Below the pieces are notes generated by a model that saw only the letters and a list, made by a program, of their open reading frames with translations, had not been told where the DNA came from and did no database searches. Of a DNA stretch of 46,863 nucleotides, positions 25,036 to 37,502 are shown piece after piece; the first letter of the stretch is position 1; every line of letters begins with the position of its first letter. The position numbers and the translations under genes were made by a program. Source of the DNA: Octopus bimaculoides (lineage: Eukaryota); contig NC_068984.1 of assembly GCF_001194135.2 (NCBI RefSeq), positions 58,451,774-58,498,636 on the forward strand. The letters are read 5' to 3'.

Positions 25036-25245
25036 AAGGCAGTGATCTGACAGAATCATTAGCATGCATGGCAAAATGCTTAGTGGCATTTCATTCATCT
25101 TTATGTTTGAGTTCAAATTCCACCAAGGCTGAGTTTGCCTTTCATCCTTTCAGGGTTGGTAAAATAAGTACCAGTTGAACACTATGGTTGATTTAATCGA
25201 CTAGGCCCCTCCTCCGAATTTGCTGGCTTTGTGCCAAAATTTAAA
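25036..25245 (+). mobile_element. SINE family A copy, near full length
   Basis: AAGGCAGTGATCTGACAGAATC..GAGTTCAAATTCC..AAAATAAGTACCAGTTG..TTGCTGGCTTTGTGCCAAAATTT. Confidence 0.85.
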
Positions 25246-25429
25246 ATCTATATTTTATTATCATTGTATTATTATTCATGTCTGAGGTATGCTGGCAGGG
25301 AATTAGAGTTACCTTACTCAGTTTCTTCAGTTGAAAGGTTGGGTAGATCTGGTTTCTTGTATGTGTACTGCTTTAGTGACTTGTCAAAATGTCATACAAT
25401 GTAGCTGTGTTGTAGAATGTCAAGACTAG

Positions 25430-25850
25430 GTGCAGGCATAGTTGTGTGGTTAAGAAGTTTGCTTTCAAACTACATGGTTTTATGTTGTCTCACTGCATAG
25501 CACCACAAGCATCTTCTAGTATAGGTTCAGGTTGACTAAAGCATTGTGAGTAAATTTGGTAGATGGAAATTGAAAGAAGCCCATCATATATATGTGTGTG
25601 TTTCTCTCTCCTTGCCTTGACATTGCATGCTAGCTGTAAATGAGTCTGTCATTCAAGCATTGTCTTTCATTTCCAATTTTCTGTGAGAACATTTCAGGAC
25701 ATGGGGAAAATATTACCTTGCCTGGAAACAGGTGAGGGTTGGCAACAGGAAGGGCACTGAGCTATTGAAAATTTACCTTAATAAATGCCATCCAACCTAT
25801 GCCAGCATGAAAAAGTGGACGTTAAAACAATGATGATGATGATGATTGTT
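25430..25850 (+). mobile_element. SINE with family B head and RTE-type 3' tail ending in (GAT)n
   Basis: GGTGCAGGCATAGTTGTGTGGTTAAGAAG head; tail GGTTGGCAACAGGAAGGGCA..CCTATGCCAGCATGAAAAAGTGGACGTTAAAACAATGATGATGATG. The RTE partner LINE is inferred. Confidence 0.7.
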
Positions 25851-28009
25851 TCCTTGCTACCTGCTACAAAAACACAGCAACAGCCCCATTTCATTCAAAA
25901 GGTAAGGCCAAGAAGGTTTTGAAATCTTAATGGACTTAGCATTATTGATCCAAACTAAATACAAAGAATAAAGAAATTTGAATAGAATCAATAATATAAA
26001 AGCACATCTGTGTATTTAAAACATCATAATTAGAAGAAAAAAAAATCGAAAAAGTTCAGTCAAATACAAGCCTGCACAATCAATTGATTTTTGGCTGGTA
26101 GTAAATTTCAAAATTAAAAGGAAAATAAGCAAAGTCAGATAAGGGGTGAAGTATAGAAACATCATCATCATCATTTTAATGTCCACTTGAATGATGTATG
26201 CAAAACAATCTTAACTGAGATTTCAGTATGGTACCAGAGGACAAATATGTCAAAGCAAATTTTATTGTATACCAGAGAAATATTGTATAACAGAAAAGTG
26301 CCTTAATAGAATTATTACAGGATATTCATCTTTAAACTGTAGACAGCTGAATGGTTAATAAGTTTGCTATACAAACACTTGGGTTTCAAGTCAGTTCCAT
26401 TATAAAGCATCTTGGACAGTATCTTCTACTATGTATTATTTATAACATCATCTGCTTCAAGTTTCACCATTTCAAAACATGAATTAGTTCACATTCTCTC
26501 ATGGCTTCTAAATTCTTACGTTGCCAACAACAAGCAATTCTTGAGGATTAAAACAAGGTTTCTAAAATGAAAGGAGAAATTGGAAGGATTGCTTTGGTCC
26601 AATGGTAGAACATCTGTCATGTCTACTGAAGATGCAGGTTCAAGTCTAATAGGTAGCTTTCAACTCTTTATCCCAAGTGTATTTTAACCCAATATTTACA
26701 CTTATTTGTAGCTTTATCAGCTTTCAGTTTCCCCTTTCCATATACATATATATATTAGGAAGTTAAAATTTATGGTTGGTCATAGAGTGATCATTGGTTA
26801 TGCACCTATAAAGTGCTTAACAGTATAGGTGACCCAACAGTCAGCCATAAAAATGATCACAAGTCGTAATTTTTAACTTCCTAAAAATTACATTACTGTT
26901 TTCATGCTTTAGAGTGTGCTTCTTTCTTGGATATATGAACTACTGACAATATATATATATATATATATTGTATGCGATGGTTTTTTGGTAAGCAGCATCA
27001 ATTTTTACAATTCTGTAAATAATAATAGTATTTTATAAGCTTAAAGCTTATAAGCGATCACCGTGCAATGACTAATGAAGAACCAGTTATTTTCTTAATG
27101 ACTAATTTAGGTCAAGAAATGCATGGGAGACGACTTAGAGAATTAAAATCAGTTTTAAAAAATCTAATACTATAAAATGACAACTTCAGACATGTTTTGA
27201 TATTATTAGACCTCAGCAGCATAGTCTAACGGTTAATGCAGATCTTAGAGAAGTGTGTGTGTGTGTGTGAACGAACACGAACAGAAGTTATCTTTAAAAA
27301 AATATGAAGGAATATCCACGGTCGCCTGCTGTATGAAAAGCAAGTAGTAAAGCAATCACTTACAAAATGTAGTGAATCAAGAAATAATTAATGTAAAATT
27401 ACATCCAAAGTGAGAAAGACAAATTAATTAAATTTTGGAGGCTGACTTTTCTGTTTTTCTTAATTGTTAGTCATGGAGAGCAATAAAAATTTTTTTTTTT
27501 AATAAAAAAAAAAACCCGAAAAAGAGAACCTACAGTGTTTAAATTAAAAGGAATAGAGCATGTATGTGTATTTTTCTAATTACTGAGGGAAGAGGAAGAA
27601 ATATATATAAGAACGATAGATAAAAAATACAGATAAGTAACGGTAAAGAGGTAAAAGTTGGAGTGTGATTTGGTTGCTAAGTCTAGCAAATCGAACCTTC
27701 ATGTAGAGACTCACTCGTTTGCATGCTGAACAAATTTATATAGACGCCTATGGAATAGACATATAAATAAATAACCATAAATGTGGGGAGGGAAATATAC
27801 ACCCACACACACACATCCAGTATTTATCCTCAAACTTAATTTTTAAACTAAACAATAATAATTGTTAATGCCATAACTTTTTCGTTTTTTATACCAAATT
27901 AGTCCTGACCGAAGAGATCTATGACGATAGGCAATGCAGCCATCACCAAACAGCATTTAAAAAAAATAAACTCGTGCTCCCTTTTTTGAGACGACAGAGT
28001 AAGATTAAA

Positions 28010-29830
28010 GGGACATGTGGCTGCTATTTCTAGTATGACGAGCGATCACATAGAGGATCCCTGTATGTTTTCTTTTTGTTTAGTCCTAGGTACGACTCGA
28101 TCGATAAGACACATGATCAAAGACATTCCCGCCATGACCATCATGTCTTTTTATATATCAGGGATTTTATCCAATTTGTCATTCCTTTTTCCAAGGTAAG
28201 AGGTATGATTTGAGGGAGATTTAGCCGCAATTTCTAGCACTTGGCGGGTCTAGTCTGCAAAGGTAATAATATTCATTGATTTTATGAAGACGAGAACGCG
28301 TCATTCTTGCATAACAACTCGTACATAAGCTCGCAAAAAAAAAGGAAAACAAAAGTCACTGGCAACAGCAGTTATTGGTTTGCCATATTAATCAATGTAT
28401 GTGTTTGTGTGACTACGAAGCAGACGTGAAAAGTTCCACTCGGCTCATAATCAGCAGATGTTGGGTACGACGAATGTGGTGCTAATGAAGGAGAAACACA
28501 CACACACACACATACACCTCAAGGTGAGTGCGAGCCAAAGAGGGAGTCTCTAAGTGGTCGTTCGATCTGCTAGCAATAACAGCCAATTCTAATTTACACA
28601 CTCCGTCTAAAAAATGAGACTCCTAGTATAATGGTAGTGTTGTGTCGCGCGATTTGCTAGATATAAAGAGTACATTGGATAGTTTTCCGGAATATACTAT
28701 CCAAAAAAGAAGTTTAGATGGTATGTATGAACCAATCTAAATCGCCCTCAAATCACACTCCACTGCCTTAAAAATATATCAGAGAATGTAGTCTGATATA
28801 TTTACAGAAAGTGATAGAAAAGTGTCTGCTCGATCTAAAGAACAATTTACAAGGCGAGTGCGGTAGACATTAAACGAAGTAGTTGTGTAATGTGCAATAT
28901 TAAGAAAGAAAAAATTAGAAAACATCAAATGCTTGTTGTTTAAAGATTTTAAATAACCTTGGAGGGAGTTTCTTTCTACTTATTGCAAGAATAATATCTG
29001 TTAATTGAAGTTTTCCAACTCACTTTATTACATATCTGAGACTCAAATGTATTTGCGCATGTGTATATGTATGACGCAGTGGTTAAGAGGATCGCTCCGT
29101 AATTAAGCCACAGGTTCGAACTCACTGCATAGCAACTTGAGCTTTGCGAATGAATTGAAACAGAGAAGCTTTTTGGTTTCAACCCTTTCTTTCAATTTTA
29201 CTGAAAATTTCGCAACTTTTTCCATTCTTAATTTCTTTTAAAAAAATGATTTGTAATTTTCGAAATTGGTATGAAAAACTGCATCTGTGTGGAAATTTTC
29301 AAGAACCTTGGTAGCGGTAGTTCAAATCGAAACGATCTCGAGAGAGCGGAAAACTGTAAGCTCGGATGGATTACACCGATGATTCAAAGGGTCAGCTTTG
29401 TCACACTGTTTCTGACTGGGGATAACATGAAGTATCTATGGAATACTTGGTCAGTCACACACTAATTCAGTGATAATGTAGTTCGGTTGACAGAACAACT
29501 GATTGCTTGCTTATCGTCGAAACCAACGGAGGATCAGTTTACTGCATACACTATGTTACGAAACTTGTTTCAGAAATGTGTGTAAAGACTGAGTGATCAT
29601 GTATACAATCATTTTTATAAGTATATGTATGTCTATGTGTGCGGGTGTTATCTAGCCCCACCCCTTGTCAACCCTAATCGAACAGACCTACGATGAAAAT
29701 CATTCCAACCGTGACCATCTATTCTTATCCTTAGTGCATCTAAAACTACGTTATGTGTCCTTCCCATTTAAAAGTGTAAGGCGTGATTTAAGAGGATTTG
29801 GTTGTTATTTCTAGCAAGTCTACCGACCGC
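28010..29830. repeat. Multiple fragments of an abundant short repeat family (CTAGAAATAGCAGCC / CCCTCAAATCACAC core)
   Basis: Related segments in both orientations at about 28015, 28200, 28540, 28735 and 29700, and also at 9420-9540, 38000-38140 and 44815-44850. Confidence 0.6.
29183..29391. mobile_element. Degenerate piggyBac-like MITE
   Basis: TCAA|CCCTTT ... AAAGGG|TCAG; about 210 bp, similar in size to the other TTAA MITEs. Confidence 0.4.
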
Positions 29831-30126
29831 GTTGAACTTTCATATAGCCTTCATATGTGTGCAAGCAGTTTAGAAATATTTTTGTATACATTTGTGCATG
29901 TATACATGTGTGTGTGAGAGAGAGAGAGGGGGGGGGGGAGAGTAAGTAATCAATTTCAGAAATGTACATGGTTCTTATGTATGTGTGCAAATGTACATTA
30001 AGTGCGTGCTAAATGCGCAAAACTGTCATTGAAATTACATGAACCTGAAAGAAAAACATGAGATTGGCAAATTGAATAATTAGGCAAAACAAACTGAATA
30101 AACAAATTCACAAGTAGTTACCCTAC

Positions 30127-31539
30127 CTTTCTTTTAGAAACAGGACGGCCTCTTCGAGCCAAGACAGGTGCGACAGGAGTAGCTGTTTTGGTCATTCTAT
30201 TGCCACGGGGTTGCGCATTAGTAGTAAATAAAGAAACCTTGTTTTGTAGTTGCTTCTCTCTGCAGGGATGACCAAGTTTACTGAGGACAGCTGACTGTTG
30301 CCTATTTTCACGACGTCCTTGACAAGAGCCGATGGACGGAGATGACTTGGACGTGTCTGTTTCGCCAGCTGTCGTAACTGTGACACAAGACGACAAAGAA
30401 GATTTTAACTTGGAGAGAGCGTCATGAACTAGTTCAGCGCTGCTCGGAAAATGCGATGTTCCAATAGCTTTTTTGAATTTATTACAGCTAGTGTTAATAT
30501 CATCACCACCGCCACCTCCATTACAATCCTCAACATCACTACTACTGCTAATTCCATTTTTGTCATTACCATTAGCATTGTTGTTGTTGCTATCGGCTTT
30601 ATAATTGTTGACTATTCGTGATATTAACGTGTTATTCATATTTTTACTGTGTACTGTCTGTCTAGCGGAAAGTGTGCAAGAAGAGTGCCTCTCATTACTA
30701 TTGTTGTCATTGTTTTCGTTGTTGTTACTGTCATTTTCCGTAAAAGTATCAGTCATAACAGCATCACCAGAGGAATTATCGTTTATAAGTAATTTTTTAT
30801 CCCATTCACTTTCCTTCCCATTTTGTGTGCCGGTGAATGCGGTTGTTTCCGTCAACCTATTCTCTTTACATTGCCAGTTTTCTGTATTCCTCTTCACGTT
30901 GGTATTCGTCGTTTTCGACGAAGCCTGTTCTTTTCTTGAATTTCTTGTTGACAGTGTTGAAGTGTAGCAGGGTGGTGAAGTTGTTAATATTGTTGCTGTT
31001 GTAGTAACATTAACGTTTGTTTTTTTAGTTCCTCTACTACCGGCTTCATTTTCCGAACATTGATAATTACTTGCAGTTTTATCCAGGTGGCTATCACTAC
31101 TTGTAGTAGAAGTTGGGTTTAGTTCTTCGGTGTCAACCACAGTGACATGAGATCTGTTCGATGAATTTTTTCGGTTACCAGGACTGACGACACTTTCTGA
31201 AACATTCATCACATCGGTAGTAGAAGTTGAATTGTTACTAGGTTGTTGTCCAAGGGCGCGAATCTTTTGATTGGATTGGTTTGAATTATGAACTTGTCCG
31301 CCGATATGATTGATTCGCCACTTGGCCGCATTCCTATAACTTGTGCTGCCCTTGTAATCAACTTTGAAAACCACTTCACTGTCCACCAATTTTTCTAGGA
31401 TGGCTTCTGTATCTTCAAAGCTTATCCCATGTTTGCGTTGTAGCATGTTGCTAATGCGATCTAAATCTGGGCGAGCTTTCCTTTTCCGTAATTGGTCAAT
31501 TGTCTCCAAAATGACATCTTTAAACTTTATACCCAGCAT
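30127..31539 (-). CDS. Coding exon 1: SAMD1-like winged helix, S/T/N-rich disordered linker, RRGRP AT-hook-like motif and NLS
   Basis: AAAATG start at 31539 and 471 open codons to the donor AAG|GTAGGG (intron starts at 30126, phase 0). N terminus ILETIDQLRKRKARPDLDRI..KHG..VFKVDYKGSTSYRNAA closely resembles vertebrate SAMD1 ILDTIDSLRSRKARPDLERI..VSYKGSISYRNAA (recalled). Confidence 0.95.
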
Positions 31540-32329
31540 TTTGCCTGGGTCAGACGCTCGTTTCTGTGCCAGTTTGAGGGAATAAAAAAAGTTTCCTTTA
31601 CGTCAAAAATCACTGGTCCAACCATTTACCTTCCTAACTCATCATATATGCGTAGGTGAACAATGACGGAAGAAGAGAAAAAAGAAAGAGAATAAAAACA
31701 GTGTTGATTCTGCAAGTCCTTGTATTTTTGAACGACAACAAAGAAATTTTGGGAATCGTACTTAGTTTTGCAATTCTTTATCTCCTGAAAGGAATTAAAA
31801 TTTGGCGATCGGACTGTCTGCTTTGTGAACTGGCCTCCGTGAATGTGCTGTTTTCTATAGGCCAGCCTACATGGATGTGTATGAAACGCGTGAGAAAGCA
31901 AGTGCGAGGGCTGAGTAAAAAAAAAAAAAACTTAATACTAAGGAAATAAAAAAATTAGAAATAGAAAATAAGATATGTTTAAAATAGCTGCAGAAGAGAA
32001 GAAAAAAGACATGAGATATTTAAATAAATGATGGAAAACAAAACAAAAAAAAACAAGGGAAAGAGTGAAAGACAAAGGTAGTATATAAAGTAAAAGCGAA
32101 CAGTTCGTTGTCAGAGTGTTGGATAGAAAGAGTAAAGAATAATAGACGATGGATAGTGTGGGAGTCGAATGGTATAGCGAAAACACCAAGGATAACAGAA
32201 TGAAGAAATGAGAGAAGAGGTGAAAAAGTTGTACTGTGTAAGGGATAGTGGAGAAGGCGACGACTACAGAGCAACAGAATAGCCTTAACGTATAGAGCGT
32301 GAGTGCGGTTGCGCAGACATTACAACTAT

Positions 32330-32460
32330 GCTGCATTCTGGGACCCGAACAGAGCGCCTTGTCTGGCTGACAGTCAGTCTCCCGCCGTGGTTACCTACTT
32401 TTTCTTTTTCTTTTATAAAATTCCCACTCGAATTAATGTTGGCGGGCACGTGTAGTTCTT
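32330..32460 (-). promoter_or_regulatory. Probable core promoter region of the minus-strand gene
   Basis: Local CpG enrichment, two E2F-like sites (CTCCCGCC about 32378, TTGGCGGG about 32439), CACGTG E-box about 32447 and TATAAAA on the minus strand at 32417-32411. It lies upstream of a pyrimidine-rich 5' UTR-like tract. TSS not determined. Confidence 0.45.
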
Positions 32461-33607
32461 TCATTCATTCTCTCAGTCTAAGATAATGTTACGTATCTTT
32501 CTTTTTGTTTCATTTCTATCGATTTATACGACTTAGTCTTCTACGGAAAAGAAAAAGCTTTATGTATTACCTACCATGGTGTAAAATCACGCTTGTTACA
32601 GATATTGATAGCCAAAAAAACAATTTTTGCGTGTGTGTGTGTATTAGCGTATATGTGTATGTAGTTGTCATTGATATACTTAAAATGAAAAACAAAACAA
32701 GCTCTGTGAATAAGGTAACCAGGTGGTGATGTGGTTACTGTATGCGTTGTTTATATCCCTCGGTTATTTCTGTTTTTTGTTTCGCAGCCAAAACATTTAG
32801 TGAGTTGCTTTTTCCTTAATCCCATGTGTAAGATGGTAGGTTGATTCTCACTGGACATGAGTGAGGTACGCTGGGAGACGGCGTTCATCTGTTTCTCAGC
32901 TCACAGGAGCGGGTGCTTATGCTTGTAACCTTCAGCATCCGAACACCATGGATCTTATCCAAAACCAACTTCTGTCATTGAACCTGAACCAATGATAACA
33001 CGTTCAGACTTCCACAATGAAAATAATAAATATGACTACCATAAAAAAAACCTTTTATAAAGTTCAATTTTATCTTTCCTTTTTTTTTTCTTTTTGCTTT
33101 TGTGGTAGAGTTAGACATAATCCATCATCCAGTTTACCACTTGAACCTTGAGGTGTGAGCATTGGGTCCATTTCACGGATAGAGGGGATAACTTCCTTTC
33201 TTCCTTTAATCAGCCTAAAAGACCCTGAAAATATTCTGCAGGAATGATGCCATTCTTCTAATCTTTCTTTTAATTCAGAAAAGGAAAGAATAAAATGTAT
33301 TAAACGGACATGAAATTGAGGATTAACAATTTTTCCATGTACTATGGCAAAAATCGCGTCTTCTCAAGCGTGAAAATTCATTTTACACTTGCATATATTG
33401 CATATGTAATAATGAAAAGTTATATGCTGTGAGCACTAAATTTTCTCTGTTAATGTTCTTGAGAACAAGATATGCATTATCTGTAGGTTATATATACTTG
33501 TAACTTTGTGAATATTTCAGCGTAATCTGCGAAGAACTTTCTTACTAAATCAAATTTTGCTTATCTCAAACTCTTGTATTTTACTTGGAATTGATAGCGA
33601 TTATTTA

Positions 33608-35623
33608 TAGAAAGCAACCTCGGTTCTCGAGGTTCTAAAGCCGAATTGTTCGAGAACCGAATTATTTTATCCCATTACAATTAATGTAAAAGAAATTAAT
33701 TCGTTTCCAAGCACCAGATAAATGCTTACACTATATATTTTGGTATAAAAACGTTTATTCAAACTGTAAATAACACAAAAGTGTGTTATTTCTTAGCGAC
33801 CCCTTCCATAAAGACTTCTGGTAACTGTCTTTTGGGGGGTTTCTTCCCTTCTCTTTGGCTGAGATAAATCTTTCTCTGGGGTTTCTTTTCTTTTTTCTTT
33901 CAGTAAAAATCTGTCCAATGTTAATTGTTTTTGCTTATGTTGTAATTTTTTTCTAAAATGAGATGTGGCATTGTCATTAAAAAGGTTTACTATTCTATTT
34001 GTTACCACTGTATCAGGGTGATATTTTTCCACAAAATTTTGTACATCACCCCATTTAGCACAAATTTATTTGATTAAAGAACTTGGGACATTCTCCTTTT
34101 CTTCCTCCTCCTGAGAAGACATTTCTTCAGCCGAAGTCTTTTGCTGCTCATTTTGAAGGTGTACGAGCTCTTCGGTGGTAACCTCAGTACGGTGGTCTTC
34201 CACCAGCTCTTCAATATCTTCACTGTCGACATCCAAGCCCATAGTTTTTCCCATAGAGACAATATCATCAACAGTAGCAATTTCCTCAAAAGCAGCAGTA
34301 CACAGTCTGGCCAAAGTTTCCTCCGTACTGAATTCATGGTTCTGTAACTCAGTTGGTTCCATGCATTATCAATAAGATTAACGCATTTCAGGATATTGAA
34401 ATGATTTTTCAAAAATTCTCAGAGAATTAACTGAGTGTCATTAGTGACTTGAAAGCACTTTCGAAATAGAGCTTTTGTGTAATTTTTTTAAAAGTTTACA
34501 ATGACCTATTGGTCCATTGGTTGTATTAGAGGAGTTGTGTTAGGTGGCAGGTATTTGACCTGAATAAAATCAAACTCTTCAACTAAGTCACACTCCTGGA
34601 TGGTGAGCGGGAGCATTGTCAAACACGAGAAGGCATTTCTATGGCAAGTTTATTTTTTTTTGCAGATGTTTTTTTAACACTCGGAGCAAAAACTTCATGA
34701 ATCCACTCAATAAAAAATTATTTGGTTACCCAAACCTTTGTACTAGCTCGCCACATAACTCTTCATAACATTGTTTCTTTTGAAAACCCTCGGACTATCG
34801 GAATGGTAAACAAGCAATGGCTTGACCTTGAAATCACCACTTGCGTTGCCGCATAGCAAAAGAGTGAGTCTATCTTTCATTGGCTTGTGCCCTGGCAACG
34901 CTCTTTCCTCCTTAGTAATATAGGTCCTATTTGGCATTTGTTTCCAAAATAATCCTGTTTCATCCTCATCAAAAACCTGTTGGGGAAGATAACCTCCTTC
35001 CTTTATCAAGTCACTAAACACAATCACAAATTTCTCAGCCACCTCGCTATGCCTAATTACATTGTGTATTTCACTTTTCTTAAATATCTCGAACCAGCCT
35101 CTATTAGCTTTGAATTTAAAAGTATCACTTTCAGCACTTGTACCAGGGTTTTTTTTTACTAGACCATTATAAATTTCGAATGCTTTCTCACAAATAAATG
35201 CTTCACTTATACTGTCAACTGCTGTTTCTCATTTAGATATTGTCGATTTAGGCATACCGTACTGCACAGCGTGATCTGACACACGAACGCCATTTTCGTG
35301 TTTTGCGATGATTTCTTTCTTCACATCAGTTATTTTTCTCTCAACTTTTCCTTTACCAGTATCACTGCTAGCTTTCTTTGGAGTCATGGCTACGGGCTAA
35401 TGAAAAGTAAAAAAGGCGCAGTACAATAAAATTGGAAAAGAAAAGCACAGCACACGAATGTATACAACACGGCAGTCGACTCAGAATTGATTCCTTTCGA
35501 GTTAACTCGGTTCGGCAACGTTGTTCGAGAACCGAAATTTTGTTCGATAACCAAGGCATTTTCATCTCGAATTTTCTTTTCGAAAATCGATTTGTTCGAC
35601 GTTCGAGAACCGAAGTTGCTCTG
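33608..35623 (-). mobile_element. Tigger/pogo (Tc1-mariner superfamily) DNA transposon with both TIRs
   Basis: TA|TAGAAAGCAACCTCGGTTCTCGAG left end and TTCGAGAACCGAAGTTGCTCTG|TA right end. Subterminal repeats TTGTTCGAGAACCGAA at about 33647 and 35521. Confidence 0.9.
33793..35387 (-). pseudogene. Disrupted Tigger transposase (HTH-psq, DDE fragments, C terminus)
   Basis: ATG at 35387 reads MTPKKAS..KKEIIAKHENGVRVSD..YGMPKSTIS. Further segments: GYLPQQVFDEDETGLFWKQMPNRTYITKEE..GHKPMKDRLTLLLCGNASGDFKVKPLLVYHS, NAWNQLSYRTMNSVRRKLWPDCV, and QLTLDRFL. Multiple frameshifts, stops and deletions. Confidence 0.9.
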
Positions 35624-35669
35624 TATATTTTTTCTTTTCATGGAAGTTTAAACATAACATAATATTTTT

Positions 35670-35885
35670 AGCATTTTACTTTTATGTTTCAGTGATTGCA
35701 TTATGACCATGCTCAAGCACCGGCTTCAAGATTTTAGTCGAAAGATCGATCCCAGTACTTACCTTTTTTTTAAGCCTATTACTTATTCTATAGATATCTT
35801 TTTGCCGAACCGCTAAGTTACAAGCACGTCAACTAACCAACACCAGTTGTTAAGTGGTGATTGGAAAAAACACAAATACACATAA
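35670..35885 (-). mobile_element. SINE family C segment
   Basis: TTTCAGTGATTG..ACCATGCTCAAGCACCG..TACTTATTCTATAG..GCCGAACCGCTAAGTTAC. Confidence 0.75.
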
Positions 35886-36133
35886 ACATATGTGTAAGGT
35901 TGTGATTTCGATTCCTTGAGAAGGTGATGCATTGTTTTCTTTACCAAAATACTTTATTTCACGTTGCTCCAGTCCACTCAGCTGACAAAAATGAGTAACC
36001 AGGACGCGGACCCGCGTTCCATCGTTCTATCCAGGAGGGAGGAAATTACGCCACAGAATCCGGGAAATTAGCTTCATGAGCCTATGGCCCGGGACAAACT
36101 TTTAATCCTTTTGGTGTGTGTGTGTGTGTGTGT

Positions 36134-36169
<36 letters not shown>

Positions 36170-36199
36170 GCGGAGCAAATAATTCACGAAAAAATAATT

Positions 36200-36385
36200 T
36201 GCAAAGATATCATTGACTCTGTTATTTGACTGTTATTTCCAGCAGGTAGACATACTTAATATGTCCTTGGCCCAGTGCTATAATAGAAGACGTTTGTGCA
36301 AGGTGCTGCGCAATACGACCAAAACCCAAACCGCATGGTTCGGAGGCAAGTTTCTCAACCACATAGCCACGCCTGCGCATATCAT
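36200..36385 (-). mobile_element. SINE family B head
   Basis: Reverse complement reads GCGCAGGCGTGGCTATGTGGTTGAGAAACTTGCCTCCGAACCATGCGG..GCAGCACCTTGCACAAACGTCTTCTATTATAGC. Confidence 0.75.
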
Positions 36386-36514
36386 AGGAATATTTTAGTA
36401 GATTGAATTTAACTTCAGGTATGAAGGAATATCACCTGTTACTTGATACATTCCCTAATTATCAGCAGATATCTTGATAGATCTTTTCAACTGGAGTATT
36501 ATTCGTCGTATGAA

Positions 36515-36760
36515 GGCGCGTGGTTTATGGTTAGAGTATTCGGATCGTAAGATTGTGAGTTGAATTCCCGGCGACGTGTTGTGTCCTTGAGCTAGACACT
36601 CTATTTCATGTTGCTCCAGTCTACTCAGCTGGCAAAAATGAGTAGTACCTGTATTTCAAAGGACAAGCCTTATCACATTCTGTGACACGCTGAATCTCCC
36701 TGAGAATTACGTTAAGGGTACGCGTATCTGTGGAGTGCTCAGCCACTTACACATTAACTT
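36515..36760 (+). mobile_element. tRNA-derived SINE, family D
   Basis: GGCGCGTGGTTTATGGTTAGAGTATTCGG..GAGTTGAATTCCCGG head, then TTTCATGTTGCTCCAGTCTACTCAGCTGGCAAAAATGAGTAG. A partial related copy is at 35895-36050. Confidence 0.75.
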
Positions 36761-37028
36761 ACACATATTTCTGCTTCGGCAACCCAATGCTGAATCTGTT
36801 CGAAATGTAATGAAAAATAGATCAGTTTCAAAATATTGCTGTCCAAGTCACAAAAGCAAAACTTGAAGGAAATAGTAGTCATTTCCTTTGATTTCTAGAT
36901 AGAAGCAAATAGGAAATAACACTTACTGACCAAAAAAATTGTTACACAGTTATTAAACAGATGTTATTATCAATAAGTAACATTTTCAAGCCTTATGTAA
37001 CTAATATTCATCTTCAAAATGTGTAAGC

Positions 37029-37502
37029 CGAATGCAGTGTCAGGAAAAATGGGTTACAGGAAAAAAGTCACTGGAAAATAAATGTCATATTTTTATTTGA
37101 ATGCTATAAAAAGCAGAAGTAATAAAACAAAATATATTTAAAACCCGTTACTAACTGTCAGTACATGACTTGTACATAATTTATATATGATGGCATTACA
37201 CAATGTGAAAGAAAAAAAACAACCTTTTATTCAATTTCTTAAGCTAAGTAAGACTATAAAACAAAAAAATTAAGTCAGTCATTTATTGACTATATTGCAT
37301 ATATACAGAATGAAAGCATCTTACATAATATCGTGGCATTACATGTACATTCAATATTTTTAATGTTGATAACTAAGATGAATATTCCAGCCGGCGCCAT
37401 CAGGAAACTCCACCACACCTTGTGGTTCTCTCGTCGAGCAACACAAGTTATGAAAGTATTTCTTTTTTCTTCTGTGACTTTTTTTCCTGTGACTTTCATT
37501 CG
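37029..37502. mobile_element. Internally deleted TIR element with ACAGGAAAAAAGTCAC subterminal repeats (possibly MULE-like)
   Basis: Left CGAATG..CAGGAAAAA..ACAGGAAAAAAGTCAC and right GTGACTTTTTTTCCTGTGACTTTCATTCG are inverted. Superfamily assignment is weak. Confidence 0.45.

Larger units (their letters stand above)
5613..31539 (-). other. Gene span (5' part) of a chromatin reader with SAMD1-like winged helix and DPF-type double PHD finger; 3' exons lie left of the window
   Basis: Three exons with compatible phases (0, 1, 0) give the continuous read ...RRGRPVSKRK|RIRKTHGPEFE...CKDCNTT|VHPSC... Introns are about 15.9 kb and 8.4 kb. No further PHD2 exon was recognised in 1-5612. Orthology (SAMD1 vs KAT6) is not resolvable here. 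Confidence 0.9.

Noticed and set aside
26588-26655. tRNA-like sequence with A- and B-box motifs
   Set aside because: No acceptor-stem pairing; shares TCATGTCTACTGAAGA with 9645-9660, so it is a decayed SINE head rather than a tRNA gene.
30605-30967. Hydrophobic 120-aa plus-strand ORF
   Set aside because: Antisense shadow of the low-complexity N/S/T linker of exon 1.
31938-32336. 132-aa hydrophobic minus-strand ORF upstream of exon 1
   Set aside because: F/L/S bias follows from the pyrimidine-rich 5' UTR-like tract; no domain signal. At most a uORF.
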